Origin: Lonsdalea britannica
GTDB taxonomy: Bacteria > Pseudomonadota > Gammaproteobacteria > Enterobacterales > Enterobacteriaceae
Assembly (NCBI RefSeq): GCF_002111595.1
Contig: NZ_LUTN01000024.1
Location: 721 to 32,720 of the forward strand
Reading direction: 5' to 3'
DNA length: 32,000 bases
Position 1 is the first letter of the stretch, and every line of letters begins with the position of its first letter. The notes under the pieces were generated by a model. It worked only from the letters and a program-made list of their open reading frames with translations, was not told the DNA's origin and made no database searches. Below are positions 1 through 9,091 of this stretch, piece by piece. A program made the position numbers and the translations under genes.

Positions 1-161
1 AGCACCAGATCAATTTCACAATCTGGCTGCATCAGCAGATTTCTGGCCTGCTGCAACGTGGAGACAGTAGCGTAACAGTTGAATCCGGAAACCTGATTCA
101 GGTAACACTTATTCAACTCAGCCACCATGGCATCGTCGTCAACGATCAGTACATTAATCAT
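1..161 (-). CDS. dcuR: Response regulator of the DcuR/CitB family, N-terminal receiver part only (runs off the left edge)
   Basis: Reverse strand from the ATG at 159-161 reads MINVLIVDDDAMVAELNKCYLNQVSGFNCYATVSTLQQARNLLMQPDCEIDLVL..., a receiver-domain start with the DDD acidic cluster. It overlaps the dcuS stop codon by a few bases, as expected for a coupled two-component operon. Confidence 0.85.
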   Translation of the reverse strand, partial: MINVLIVDDDAMVAELNKCYLNQVSGFNCYATVSTLQQARNLLMQPDCEIDLV

Positions 162-1766
162 GGTCAATCTGCCTTGCTTTATAAGGAATATTCACGAAAA
201 ACTGCGTATACACCTCGGGTTCAGAATCGAGATCGATGGTGCCGCCAATTTTTTCCAGACTTTGTTTAGTCAAATACAAGCCAATGCCGCGTCCACTGCC
301 TTTGGTCGAGAATCCTTCCTGGTAAATCTTTTGCTGAATATCTAACGGTATACCAGGGCCATCATCACTGACCATACAGTGCAGATGGCCTTTTTTATGA
401 TGGAACGTCACGCGAATCTCGCGGTTTTCAAGGCCTGTCATCGCGTCTAATGCATTCTCGATCAGGTTCCCCAGAACCGTAATCAGTTCATTTGTCGCTT
501 CCACATCATCGGTATCCGGCAGCAGACTGTCTTCGCTAATCGACAGATTGATACCTAAATCCCGCGCCCGGTTAATCTTGCCGAGCAAAAATCCGGCGAT
601 CACGGGGGATTTTATCTTACGGATAATAGCGCCAATTTCCGCCTGATAATGGTTCGCCGTTTTGAGAATGTACTCTTCCAACTGCGGGTAGTATTTCAAA
701 TGCAGCATACCCAGAATAACGTGCAGTTTGTTCATGAACTCATGAGACTGCGCGCGCAGGCGTCGGCGTAATACGACATTCCGGTCAAGCGCTGCACCAA
801 CTGACTGATCTCGGTTTTATCCCGCAGCGTGGCGATAGCGCCTATCGTTTCGCCATTCACCACAACCGGCACCGTATTGGTCAGTAGCTGATTGCCGTTA
901 AAATTGATCTCTTCGTCTCGCTGTGGCTTGCCGGATTTGACGGCTTTTTCGAGACTCATCAGCGCTGGCCAGCGGCTGATCGTACTGCCGATAGTGAGCT
1001 CATTGCTGGCAGAGTGCTGGCTGAACAAACGCTGGGCTTCATCGTTCACGATCGTCACGCGTAAATCAGTATCGACCGCGATGACCCCTTCCTTAATCTG
1101 CTTAAGCATGGCGTTACGCTGCTCAAACAAATTCGAAATTTCAAAGGGTTCGAAACCAAGCATGATTCGTTTGAGGGCTTTGACCAGAAAATAGGTGCCC
1201 AACAATCCTACCAGCGCTCCAAAAAGAATAGTCCACGGAATAATCCAGCGGTTTTCATTAATCAGCGACTGCACGCTGGTCAACGAGATCCCCACGGCGA
1301 CAACGCCCAACTGTTTGCCGCCGTGATCGAAGACCGGGACAAAGACTCGCAGAGCGGGTTCCAGCACTCCACGGTTCACCGCCGAGTTCTCAAGACCCAT
1401 CAGCGCCGGATAGAGGTCGTTACCGATAAAGTGGCGGCCAATCTGATCGGACTCTGGATGCGAATGGCGAATCCCTTTCATGTCGGTCACGATGACAAAC
1501 AGCAAGTGGTTGCGCCATTTCACTTCTTCCGAAAAGCGCTGTACTTCTTCCGGGTTGCCGAGATTGCTCAACTCGTGGATGACCACGGGAGCATAAGCGA
1601 CGGTGCGAGCGATGGCGAAGGCCTTCTCTCTGAGGTGGTTTTCCGTCAGCTCACTGATACGGAAAAACAGCAGGGCATACACTACCAGCAGTACGGAACC
1701 AATCACCGCCGACACCATAAGGATGATGGACGTACTCAGCTTCAGCGGAGTCTTCTTCTTACTCAT
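154..1766 (-). CDS. dcuS: Sensor histidine kinase DcuS (C4-dicarboxylate sensor), interrupted by an apparent 1-nt deletion near 757-763
   Basis: Fragment 732..1796 (TM-PASp-TM-PAS, LKLSTSIILMVSAV..., FEPFEISNLFEQRNAML, LRDKTEISQLVQRLTGMSYYADA) and fragment 154..735 (MNKLHVILGMLHLKYYPQLEEYILKTANHYQAEIG..., NLIENALDA, GxG ATP lid) together resemble full-length DcuS. Inserting one base restores ...YYADALRAQSHEFMNKLHVIL, including the phosphoacceptor H. From 1766 to 154 is 1613 nt, i.e. a multiple of three minus 1. Confidence 0.9.
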
Positions 1767-1840
1767 GGCGCGCTCCGAAAGAATGTCGTAACCCATTATC
1801 TTATACCGTTTAAGCTGATTTCGCGCAGTTCATATAACAT

Positions 1841-1865
1841 ACCGCCGCCATAAAGCGGCGGCGGT
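1841..1865 (-). other. GC-rich stem-loop between the DASS permease and dcuS
   Basis: ACCGCCGCC (1841-1849) pairs with GGCGGCGGT (1857-1865). There is no clean U-tract on the minus strand. Confidence 0.5.
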
Positions 1866-1897
1866 AGTTTATTTCACTAGCGGATGCTTGTTGCCTG

Positions 1898-3310
1898 TTA
1901 CCACAGGCCCAGCACTTTCCACCAGAAGCTACCGACAATCAGCCAAATGGGGATAACGACCAGCCCAGTCAGGAAACCGATTTTCCACCAGGTAGACAGC
2001 GACATGTAGCCACAGCCGAACAAGATGGGCGCCGGACCGCCGGAGTAGTGCGTCGTCGACATGAACAGGTTACTGAAGGCGGCAAAAGCCAGAACCGTCA
2101 GCATGGGAGGAGCGCCTGCGGCAATAGCGATGGAAACAAAAATCGCATACATGGCGCTGATATGCGCGACTGCGCTCGCCATCAGGTAATGGCTGTAGTA
2201 GTAGACCAACAGCAGCAGACCCAACATAGGCAGCCAATGCATACCTTTGACGGAATCGCCCGCCATGTTGCCCAGCCAGCCGATCAGGCCCAATTTATTC
2301 AACTGCGTCGCCAGCATGATCAGCACCGCGAACCATACCACGGTGTGCCAGGCTTCTTTCTCGCTGACCACGTCGTCCCACGTTAAAGCGCGAGTCAACA
2401 GCAGCACGCTCAAGCCCGCCAGCGCAGTCAGAGTCGCGTCGATATGCAGCGTAGAGCCCAGAACCCAGAAGGTGACCAGCCCCAGGAACACGCCCAGCAC
2501 GACCCACTCATCACGGCTCATTGACCCCATTTCACGCAGTTTTTCGACTGCCATGGCGCGCATTTCGCTCGTTTTTTTCAGCTCGGGGGGATAGAAACGG
2601 TACATCACCAGCGGGATGACAATCAGGGAAACAATCCCCGGCAGCAATGTCGCCATCGCCCACTGCGTCCAGCTAATGTGCACACCGAATTGTCCGGCCA
2701 GTTTGCTGATCATCGGGTTACCGGCCATTGACGTCATAAACATCGCGGACGTTACAGAGTTACACTGGAAGATGGTTTGCACCAGAAACGCGCCGATACG
2801 TTTTTGCGTTCCCTGAGCCGGCGTCGAGCCGTAAGCCTCAGCGATAGAACGGAACAGCGGGGTGATGATACCGCCGCAGCGCGCTGAGGTGGACGGCATC
2901 GCCGGCGCAAACAGCAGGTCGGTGAAGACCAGGCCGTAGGCCAGACCCAAACTGCTGTTGCCTAGCTTGCTGATAAACAGCAAACCGATGCGGCGGCCAA
3001 ACCCTGTCTTGATAAAACCGCGCGAGATGAAGAAGGCGCAGGCGATCATCCAGATGGTAGGATCGCTGAAACCAGCCAGTACATCCTTGACGCTCAGCAG
3101 TCCCATGGCGGCAACCGCCGTGATACTGAATATCGCGATGGCTCCCAACGGATAGGGAGAAAGTATCAAACCCACGACGGTCGCAATGAAGATGGCCATC
3201 AAATGCCAGGCTGAGGGGCTAACGCCCTCGGGGACGGGAACAAACCATAATCCGACGGCAATGCCGAGGATGAACAGAAGTTTAACTAACCTGCTATTAT
3301 TCGCAGACAT
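1898..3310 (-). CDS. DASS (divalent anion:Na+ symporter) family permease, CitT/TtdT-like
   Basis: About 470 aa polytopic protein (VKLLFILGIAVGLWFVPVPEGVSPSAWHLMAIFIATVVGLIL..., FAPAMPSTSARCGGIITPL, FSNLFMSTTHYSGGPAPILFGCGYM), typical of DASS permeases. The likely start is MSANNSR within the 1898..3325 ORF. The substrate cannot be assigned from sequence alone. Confidence 0.85.
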   Translation of the reverse strand: MSANNSRLVKLLFILGIAVGLWFVPVPEGVSPSAWHLMAIFIATVVGLILSPYPLGAIAIFSITAVAAMGLLSVKDVLAGFSDPTIWMIACAFFISRGFIKTGFGRRIGLLFISKLGNSSLGLAYGLVFTDLLFAPAMPSTSARCGGIITPLFRSIAEAYGSTPAQGTQKRIGAFLVQTIFQCNSVTSAMFMTSMAGNPMISKLAGQFGVHISWTQWAMATLLPGIVSLIVIPLVMYRFYPPELKKTSEMRAMAVEKLREMGSMSRDEWVVLGVFLGLVTFWVLGSTLHIDATLTALAGLSVLLLTRALTWDDVVSEKEAWHTVVWFAVLIMLATQLNKLGLIGWLGNMAGDSVKGMHWLPMLGLLLLVYYYSHYLMASAVAHISAMYAIFVSIAIAAGAPPMLTVLAFAAFSNLFMSTTHYSGGPAPILFGCGYMSLSTWWKIGFLTGLVVIPIWLIVGSFWWKVLGLW

Positions 3311-3903
3311 ACATACACCACTCATATTAAAACGAAATCTAGACGTTTTTACCGGGTGTACCCTGTCATGAGTGGGGGGTCGTTATTCTCTTTTATTTCC
3401 CCATTAATAAATACAACGGGTACAACGACAGTAAAAAAAGGCAAGAAAATAATAGCGTTTCAGCGATCCTCTTGCCCTATAAATTCGATGAATGTTCAAC
3501 GGTCCAGATAGTATTATAAATGGCGTAGCCGAACCCCTTACTTTAATTACTAAATGTGTTTAATAATTTAATTATGATTTAATAATTTGGGTATTAACAA
3601 ATAAAAACAGTCAGTTCACGACCAGCAAAACTCTCACAACAATAGAACATAAAATTAACGTAATAAGTGATATTTATCTATCTGGCAATTAAACACTTCA
3701 TAGCCTGTAATATTGATTATACGTTAATTTAATATCTCTGCGTTGATACGCAGAAATAATACCCAATAGTAGAGAGTCCGTTAGAGAAAATATGCATTAC
3801 GACACAGATAAAATCAGACATCTTTGCGCAAAAAACCTCACGGCTTACCATCACCGCCCCATTTTTCTCAATCGTCCCCCTGCAAACCTACACGCAAAAA
3901 AAA

Positions 3904-3932
3904 ACCGCCCACGGCGGCGAGCAATGGGCGGT
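3904..3932 (-). terminator. Rho-independent terminator downstream of ibpB
   Basis: Stem ACCGCCCA (3904-3911) / TGGGCGGT (3925-3932). On the minus strand it is followed by a run of Ts (the plus strand has 9 consecutive As, 3896-3904). Confidence 0.85.
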
Positions 3933-3956
3933 CATCTACGATTCCAGACGCGGAGG

Positions 3957-4418
3957 TTAAGCGTCAATCACCTCTTCTGAGGGTTTGTTCAGCGGTTCGT
4001 TGCGCGACGTGCCGATGGAGATACGCTGCGGCTGCAGCTCTTTAGGAACTTCGCGGACAAGGTCGATATGCAACAACCCGTGTTCGAACTTCGCCTCCGC
4101 CACGCGAATATGTTCGGCCAGCGTGAAGCTCAGAGTAAAGGGTTTAAACACCAGCCCCTGATGGACATACTTCACGGATTTGTCCGCCGGGACCGGCGAA
4201 CCTTTGATCGTCAAACGCGGCCCTTCGATTTCTATATCCAGATCCTGCTGCCGGAAGCCAGCCAGAGCCAACGTGATACGGTAGCGATCATCGTCCTGTT
4301 TTTCGATGTTGTAAGGGGGAAACTCAGCCGTTTCCTGACTGCCCATAGAGCTAGCCAATTTATCGAAGCCAATCCACTGACGCAGCAGCGGGGATAAATC
4401 ATAGTTACGCATAGTCAT
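3957..4418 (-). CDS. ibpB: Small heat shock protein IbpB
   Basis: 153 aa alpha-crystallin/Hsp20 protein: [24 protein letters not shown]...[22 protein letters not shown]...[21 protein letters not shown]...ELQPQRISI. Adjacent to ibpA. Confidence 0.95.
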   Translation of the reverse strand: MTMRNYDLSPLLRQWIGFDKLASSMGSQETAEFPPYNIEKQDDDRYRITLALAGFRQQDLDIEIEGPRLTIKGSPVPADKSVKYVHQGLVFKPFTLSFTLAEHIRVAEAKFEHGLLHIDLVREVPKELQPQRISIGTSRNEPLNKPSEEVIDA

Positions 4419-4420
4419 AA

Positions 4421-4438
4421 CTCCTTCTTTGAAGCGAG
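4421..4438 (-). promoter_or_regulatory. ROSE-like RNA thermometer terminal hairpin of ibpB, sequestering the SD
   Basis: The minus-strand RNA reads CUCGCUU-CAAAG-AAGGAG. CUC(G)CUU pairs with the AAGGAG Shine-Dalgarno with a bulged G, which is the conserved ROSE motif. It lies immediately upstream of the ibpB ATG. Confidence 0.75.
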
Positions 4439-4552
4439 AAATTTATCCGGAGTGTCACACATTCCGGGCGCGCCCCCTGTCGGCAGGCGCGGCATGTCAG
4501 GGCGAGACGTGGGTTATCTCTCGCCAGTGCTGACATCGGTTCGTCGGGTTTC

Positions 4553-4972
4553 TTACTTAATTTCGATACGACGCGGTTTCAACGTCTCAGGGATCACTCG
4601 TTCCAGATCGATGTACAACAGCCCGTTTTCCAGGTGAGCGCCTTTAATTTGAATGTGCTCAGCCAGCTGGAATTTGCGCTCAAAATTACGTTCGGCGATC
4701 CCCTGATAGAGGTAATTGCGAGGCGCCGGTGCAGCCTCTCCGCCGTGTGCGCCTTTAACGATCAGCATGTTGTCATGCGCGGTGATATCCAGTTCGTCTT
4801 CAGCGAAACCGGCAACGGCAATAGCGATTCGGTACTGATTTTCGTCGACAAGCTCGACGTTGTAAGGGGGATAACCGCCGTTACCCTGGCTTTGGCCAGC
4901 TTCCAGCAGGTTTAACAGACGATCGAAGCCGATAGCGGAACGATACAGGGGAGAAAAATCGGGGTTACGCAT
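4553..4972 (-). CDS. ibpA: Small heat shock protein IbpA
   Basis: 139 aa: [56 protein letters not shown]...[47 protein letters not shown]. Confidence 0.97.
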   Translation of the reverse strand: MRNPDFSPLYRSAIGFDRLLNLLEAGQSQGNGGYPPYNVELVDENQYRIAIAVAGFAEDELDITAHDNMLIVKGAHGGEAAPAPRNYLYQGIAERNFERKFQLAEHIQIKGAHLENGLLYIDLERVIPETLKPRRIEIK

Positions 4973-4977
4973 TATAG

Positions 4978-4997
4978 CCTCCTAAGCTTCAGCGAGG
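4978..4997 (-). promoter_or_regulatory. ROSE RNA thermometer terminal hairpin of ibpA, sequestering the SD
   Basis: The minus-strand RNA reads CCUCGCU-GAAGCUU-AGGAGG... with CCUC(G)CU pairing to AGGAGG and the canonical bulged G (inner C-G and U-A pairs). The AGGAGG is the SD 5 nt before the ibpA ATG. Additional stems lie upstream (4998-5075). Confidence 0.85.
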
Positions 4998-5083
4998 TGC
5001 TCACGACGGCCTTCCATCAGGACAGGCCCCTTGCCGGAAAGAAATACCCTGTCGGCATACTTCTTTCTGCGGCTCTGTAATCG

Positions 5084-5111
5084 ATATGGCGGCCACTCGC
5101 TTTTTTTCAAG
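5084..5111 (-). promoter_or_regulatory. Sigma-32 (RpoH)-type promoter of ibpA
   Basis: Minus strand: CTTGAAA (-35, 5105-5111), 13-nt spacer, CGCCATAT (-10, 5084-5091). This matches the consensus CTTGAAA-N11-16-CCCCATNT with one mismatch in the -10. Confidence 0.75.
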
Positions 5112-5320
5112 AGGGTCGAAAAATTTTTTGCGGGGAAGCGTGGAAATTAACCAAAGTGGATCTCACGCATGACACAGTTATCGCTTACACTGAACAAAGC
5201 ACATTTTGCCTAAATCATTATTATCATCGGCACACTTCGACAACAGCACAAACGCGACAACGATTTGTGGGTATGCAGGCTCAAGAGAATTTGCGGAGCG
5301 GTTTCCCTGTGGATAACGTT

Positions 5321-5680
5321 ATGACCATATTGAAAAGTGTCTTATCTGCTTTTGTTCTGGCCGCTGGCATCATCATCGCATTAAGCGGATGCTCCAGCGT
5401 GATGACCCGAACAGGAGGCGACCAAGGCTATTATTCGGGTACCCGAGCGGGTATCAACATGCTGGAAGACGACCACACCAGTTGGGCGATGATGCCCTTG
5501 GTCGCGATTGATATCCCCTTCTCTGCCGCGCTAGACACGTTGTTGCTGCCCTACGACTATTATCATTCTAATGATAAACCCGAGAAATCCTTGCACGACA
5601 GAGTCAGCGACAGCGATACACACGCGCCTTTCAGCTCGACTCCCGCCACGCCCGCGATAGCCAGCCAATCCCAACACTGA
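5321..5680 (+). CDS. yidQ: YceK/YidQ family small lipoprotein
   Basis: From ATG 5321: MTILKSVLSAFVLAAGIIIALSGCSSVMTRTGG...YYSGTRAGINML..., with a signal peptide and LSGC lipobox. Divergent from ibpA, as in E. coli. Confidence 0.85.
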   Translation: MTILKSVLSAFVLAAGIIIALSGCSSVMTRTGGDQGYYSGTRAGINMLEDDHTSWAMMPLVAIDIPFSAALDTLLLPYDYYHSNDKPEKSLHDRVSDSDTHAPFSSTPATPAIASQSQH

Positions 5681-5732
5681 GTCGCCATCGTCGCTGAGAG
5701 GCCTCAGCGACAGCTGTTTTGGGCAGCTATGA

Positions 5733-7034
5733 TCACCTTTCTGTGACATCTTCAAGTTGAACGCTAACCCTGAAAATCTGATTTACGCCATCTATCTCCC
5801 GCAGATAAGCAATGTCCTTGCCGCTGGGAGAAAAAACAACGGCATCCCCTGACGGCGCCACCGCACTACGCCGCGTCTGGCGGAATAAACGCCCCGTCGA
5901 AACATCACACACCATGATGCTGTTATCACAGACAAAAGTGAGGTATTCCCCATTGGGATGCCAGGTAAAGGCGGATTGTATTGAGTCAGGCCCACAGGTG
6001 ATCTGACGCGGGGCGCCGCCGTTCGGCGATACCGTCCACAGCTGAACGATACCGTTATCGTCCTGCATCAAAAACGCAATTTGGCTGCCATCCGGCGAAA
6101 TTCTTAACCAATGACGCGGCTGATTCACCACGCCGGGGTAACGTCTGTCGGCGCTGAATGTCAGACGTCGCTGGCGGACGCCCATCGGGGGAGACGGCAG
6201 CGTGTCGGCGGTCCCGGCAAGCGGTTCAGAATCGGGTTGCGCATAGGCTTCCAGCGCTTCCGGCAGATCAACGATGAATACTTCCGGTACTCGTTGCCCC
6301 GTCGCCGAGACGGTATCGCCGATAAATGCCAATGCCCATCGCTGGCGGCTGCCGTCCGGCCGGAGATATCCTTTCTCGCCGATCCAGCCCTCCTCATAGG
6401 CGCGGTTAATCTCATCGCTGCCCGGGCGAGGGTAAGGCGTAGTGCGGCTGACAAGAACACAGTAATGACTGCCGCCATATTCTCTCGGATGACGTTTCGG
6501 CACGATCACGGGTCGCAACGGTACGCCCACACCGACGTTGCGCAGATCGAGAGCGGGATCCCGCTCATGCAGTACGTGGTCGTTGTAGGTAAAGCTCAAA
6601 CGCGTTCCATCAGGGCTGAAAATGTGGACATGCGTCCCGCCGCGCAGCGCGCCGGAGACGTAGGGAGAAGTGATTGATAACGCATCCAGCGTGACCGCCT
6701 GACAACGTTCATCATCAGCGACGATAACGCCGCGACGATGATGGAAATCATAGTGCCAGTCGTCATCCGGATGTTCCGGACCGTGGATAAAGACATAGCG
6801 TTGAGGCAGCGCGGGACTGCCGGTGATCACGCCAACACATGCGCCTTCTCTGGCCTCATAGACGACGTCAGTCTGCCGGGTATAAATGTTCACCCGCTCT
6901 ACCCGCCGACCGGTGAATGAAGAGCCCGTGGGTCTGACGTCGTACAGCACCCATTGACCGTCACATGTCCAAATATTGACGTTGGTCAGCTGATGGGAAA
7001 TGGAGCCCGACGTTAATTGAAATTCTTCATTCAT
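5733..7034 (-). CDS. yidR: YidR, DUF3748 (TolB-like beta-propeller) protein
   Basis: About 433 aa. Contains repeated propeller-type strands (FSPDGTRLSF, ISPDGSQIAFLMQDDNGIVQLWTVSPNGG, WHPNGEYLTFVCDNSIMVCD, FSPSGKDIAYLREIDGVNQIF). Located next to yidQ as in E. coli. Likely start MNEEFQL. Confidence 0.85.
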   Translation of the reverse strand: MNEEFQLTSGSISHQLTNVNIWTCDGQWVLYDVRPTGSSFTGRRVERVNIYTRQTDVVYEAREGACVGVITGSPALPQRYVFIHGPEHPDDDWHYDFHHRRGVIVADDERCQAVTLDALSITSPYVSGALRGGTHVHIFSPDGTRLSFTYNDHVLHERDPALDLRNVGVGVPLRPVIVPKRHPREYGGSHYCVLVSRTTPYPRPGSDEINRAYEEGWIGEKGYLRPDGSRQRWALAFIGDTVSATGQRVPEVFIVDLPEALEAYAQPDSEPLAGTADTLPSPPMGVRQRRLTFSADRRYPGVVNQPRHWLRISPDGSQIAFLMQDDNGIVQLWTVSPNGGAPRQITCGPDSIQSAFTWHPNGEYLTFVCDNSIMVCDVSTGRLFRQTRRSAVAPSGDAVVFSPSGKDIAYLREIDGVNQIFRVSVQLEDVTER

Positions 7035-7271
7035 TATAAAAATCCACAAGGTGTATCGATTATTAACCTATAATAAAAATCTATGCGGAAAATAAAAAAT
7101 TAAATAGATAAAACAACTTGTTATTTACACTACCTGACTTTTTTCTCGTTAAAACAGGAGGAATATAGTCGCAACTGATTACAGTTTATCTGTCGTACCA
7201 GCAAGGCGGGCGTTTTTGGTGAAGGAAGGCACGCCATTTCTTTTCGTTATCGATATAGAAGGTATAAGACT

Positions 7272-7529
7272 ATGAAAAACGTTAAAATTATCGTTGCAGC
7301 CGCTGTACTTTCCACCCTTTCGTTTGGCTCGTATGCGGCCAAATACATCAGCGTGGAACAGGCACAAAATATGGAAAAAATCGGCGAAGCCTCTGATACC
7401 GGCAGAGACTTAAGTACCCTTCAGCACAAATTCTCAGTCAAAGCCGATGAAGCCGGCGCTACGTCTTACACCATCACCAAAACCACCGGTGATCAGGTAC
7501 TGCACGGCACGGCAAACTTCTACAAATAG
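7272..7529 (+). CDS. YdgH/BhsA/McbA-like (DUF1471) small secreted protein
   Basis: 85 aa: MKNVKIIVAAAVLSTLSFGSYAA (signal peptide) followed by KYISVEQAQNMEKIGEAS..., ending ...TTGDQVLHGTANFYK as in DUF1471 proteins. Confidence 0.85.
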   Translation: MKNVKIIVAAAVLSTLSFGSYAAKYISVEQAQNMEKIGEASDTGRDLSTLQHKFSVKADEAGATSYTITKTTGDQVLHGTANFYK

Positions 7530-7607
7530 TCCTGGCGCTGGCCTTATCCCGGTATATCCGTCTCAGCCGGATATACCGGGGAAGTGAATACGATATGCCG
7601 TCTCGTA

Positions 7608-8423
7608 TTATCCCTTTAAGACAAACTTCTCAATGGCATAAGCCACGCCATCTTCCTGATTGGTTTTGGTGACGAACTGGCTGGCCGCTTTCACCTTCTC
7701 GATCGCGTTCCCCATTGCCACGCCAAGTCCTGCGTAGTCCAACATCGCCAAATCATTTTCCTGGTCGCCCAGCGCCATGACTTCATCGCGTTCAAGATTC
7801 AGGTGTTCCGCCAACATCTTGACGCCCTTGCCCTTGTTCACGCGCTTATCCAGAATTTCCAGATAGAAATCAGCACTTTTCATAATGGTATAGCGTTCGA
7901 AAACGTCGGCCGGAATCTTTTTTATGACCTCATCCAACAGCGCCGGTTCGTCTATCATCATCAGTTTGGGGAAACGCAACTTACGATCCATCTCTTCCAC
8001 GGACCGGTACCGTAACGGCATTTTAGTGAGAAAAGACTCATGCACCGTATAAGCGCTGATGTTCTTATTGGCGGTGTAGACAAAGTTAAAATCTAACGCG
8101 TGGAAATGAACGCCCAGATCCCGCGCCAGCTGTTCAAAATAGAGATAGTCATCGAAATTCAGCGTCGTCTCAGCAACGCACTCGGCACTCGCGGCTTTCT
8201 GAACCAGCGCACCGTTGTTGGTGATGCAGAAGTGATCGTCCTGATATAAATCCAACTCTTCCAGATAGCGCTTCACGCCAATATAAGGCCTTCCGGTCGC
8301 GAGAACGACGTGTACCCCTTTATCCCGCGCGGCGGCAATCGCCTCTTTTACCGCCGGAGATACGACGTTTTGTGGATTAAGCAACGTGCCGTCCATATCG
8401 ATCGCAATAAGTTTGATTGTCAT
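7608..8423 (-). CDS. yidA: HAD superfamily (Cof-type) sugar phosphatase YidA
   Basis: 271 aa: MTIKLIAIDMDGTLLNP..., TGRPYIGVKRYL, NGALVQKA, LEILDKRVNKGKGV, MALGDQENDLAML; closely matches YidA. Confidence 0.95.
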   Translation of the reverse strand: MTIKLIAIDMDGTLLNPQNVVSPAVKEAIAAARDKGVHVVLATGRPYIGVKRYLEELDLYQDDHFCITNNGALVQKAASAECVAETTLNFDDYLYFEQLARDLGVHFHALDFNFVYTANKNISAYTVHESFLTKMPLRYRSVEEMDRKLRFPKLMMIDEPALLDEVIKKIPADVFERYTIMKSADFYLEILDKRVNKGKGVKMLAEHLNLERDEVMALGDQENDLAMLDYAGLGVAMGNAIEKVKAASQFVTKTNQEDGVAYAIEKFVLKG

Positions 8424-9091
8424 AATTCGTACCGGTGTCGGAATAATAAATCGTATGCTAACGCGCCTTTATGCAGCGATGCCAGTGAATATAGAACAAG
8501 GACAGGGTTTCCTGGGACAGGTGCAAAATCACGCTGAGTTGCCATTTAAAAGTGTGACATTGATCATATTATGCCGCGGCGAGAACGGAAATAACCCCGC
8601 TCAGTCGACATAACCGCGAATTAAAATAACGGGACGCTTTCTTCGCTTTTTAATTTTCTGAGTCCGCGTATGCACACGCTTTTATGGTGAAGATATCCCG
8701 GGAATAAACTACGAATGTCACGGAATATCTCTCACGAATTTTCTTGGCACCGCTGAAGTCGTTCAAGGGTATTTTTAGCAAATTGAAATAAGACGCGAAT
8801 TTCATCGGCTATCCGCAAATAAAACCGGGAAAAGCATCCAATCGGTGTCCAAGAGAACCCGTCGCCGTGCTCTGCCAGTCGAGCAATGGTGGGGAAGTGA
8901 ATGATAAAACGGTGCCCCCAAAGCAGGGAGTCTCACGCAACGTCGGGTCAGACGCCGACAAAAAAGGGAATAGCAGAAAATAAAGCCACCGGAGAGAAAA
9001 CACCGCCTTTGGCAGGAACCTCCCGCGGCGCGTCACCATAGCCGTTCAACACACCCGCCACTCTAATCCTGAAGCAGCGGGTGATAACACG

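Noticed and set aside
1323-1853. 176-aa plus-strand ORF
   Set aside because: It lies antisense to dcuS, whose translation is clearly homologous. The composition looks like a mirrored frame, with no domain-like features.
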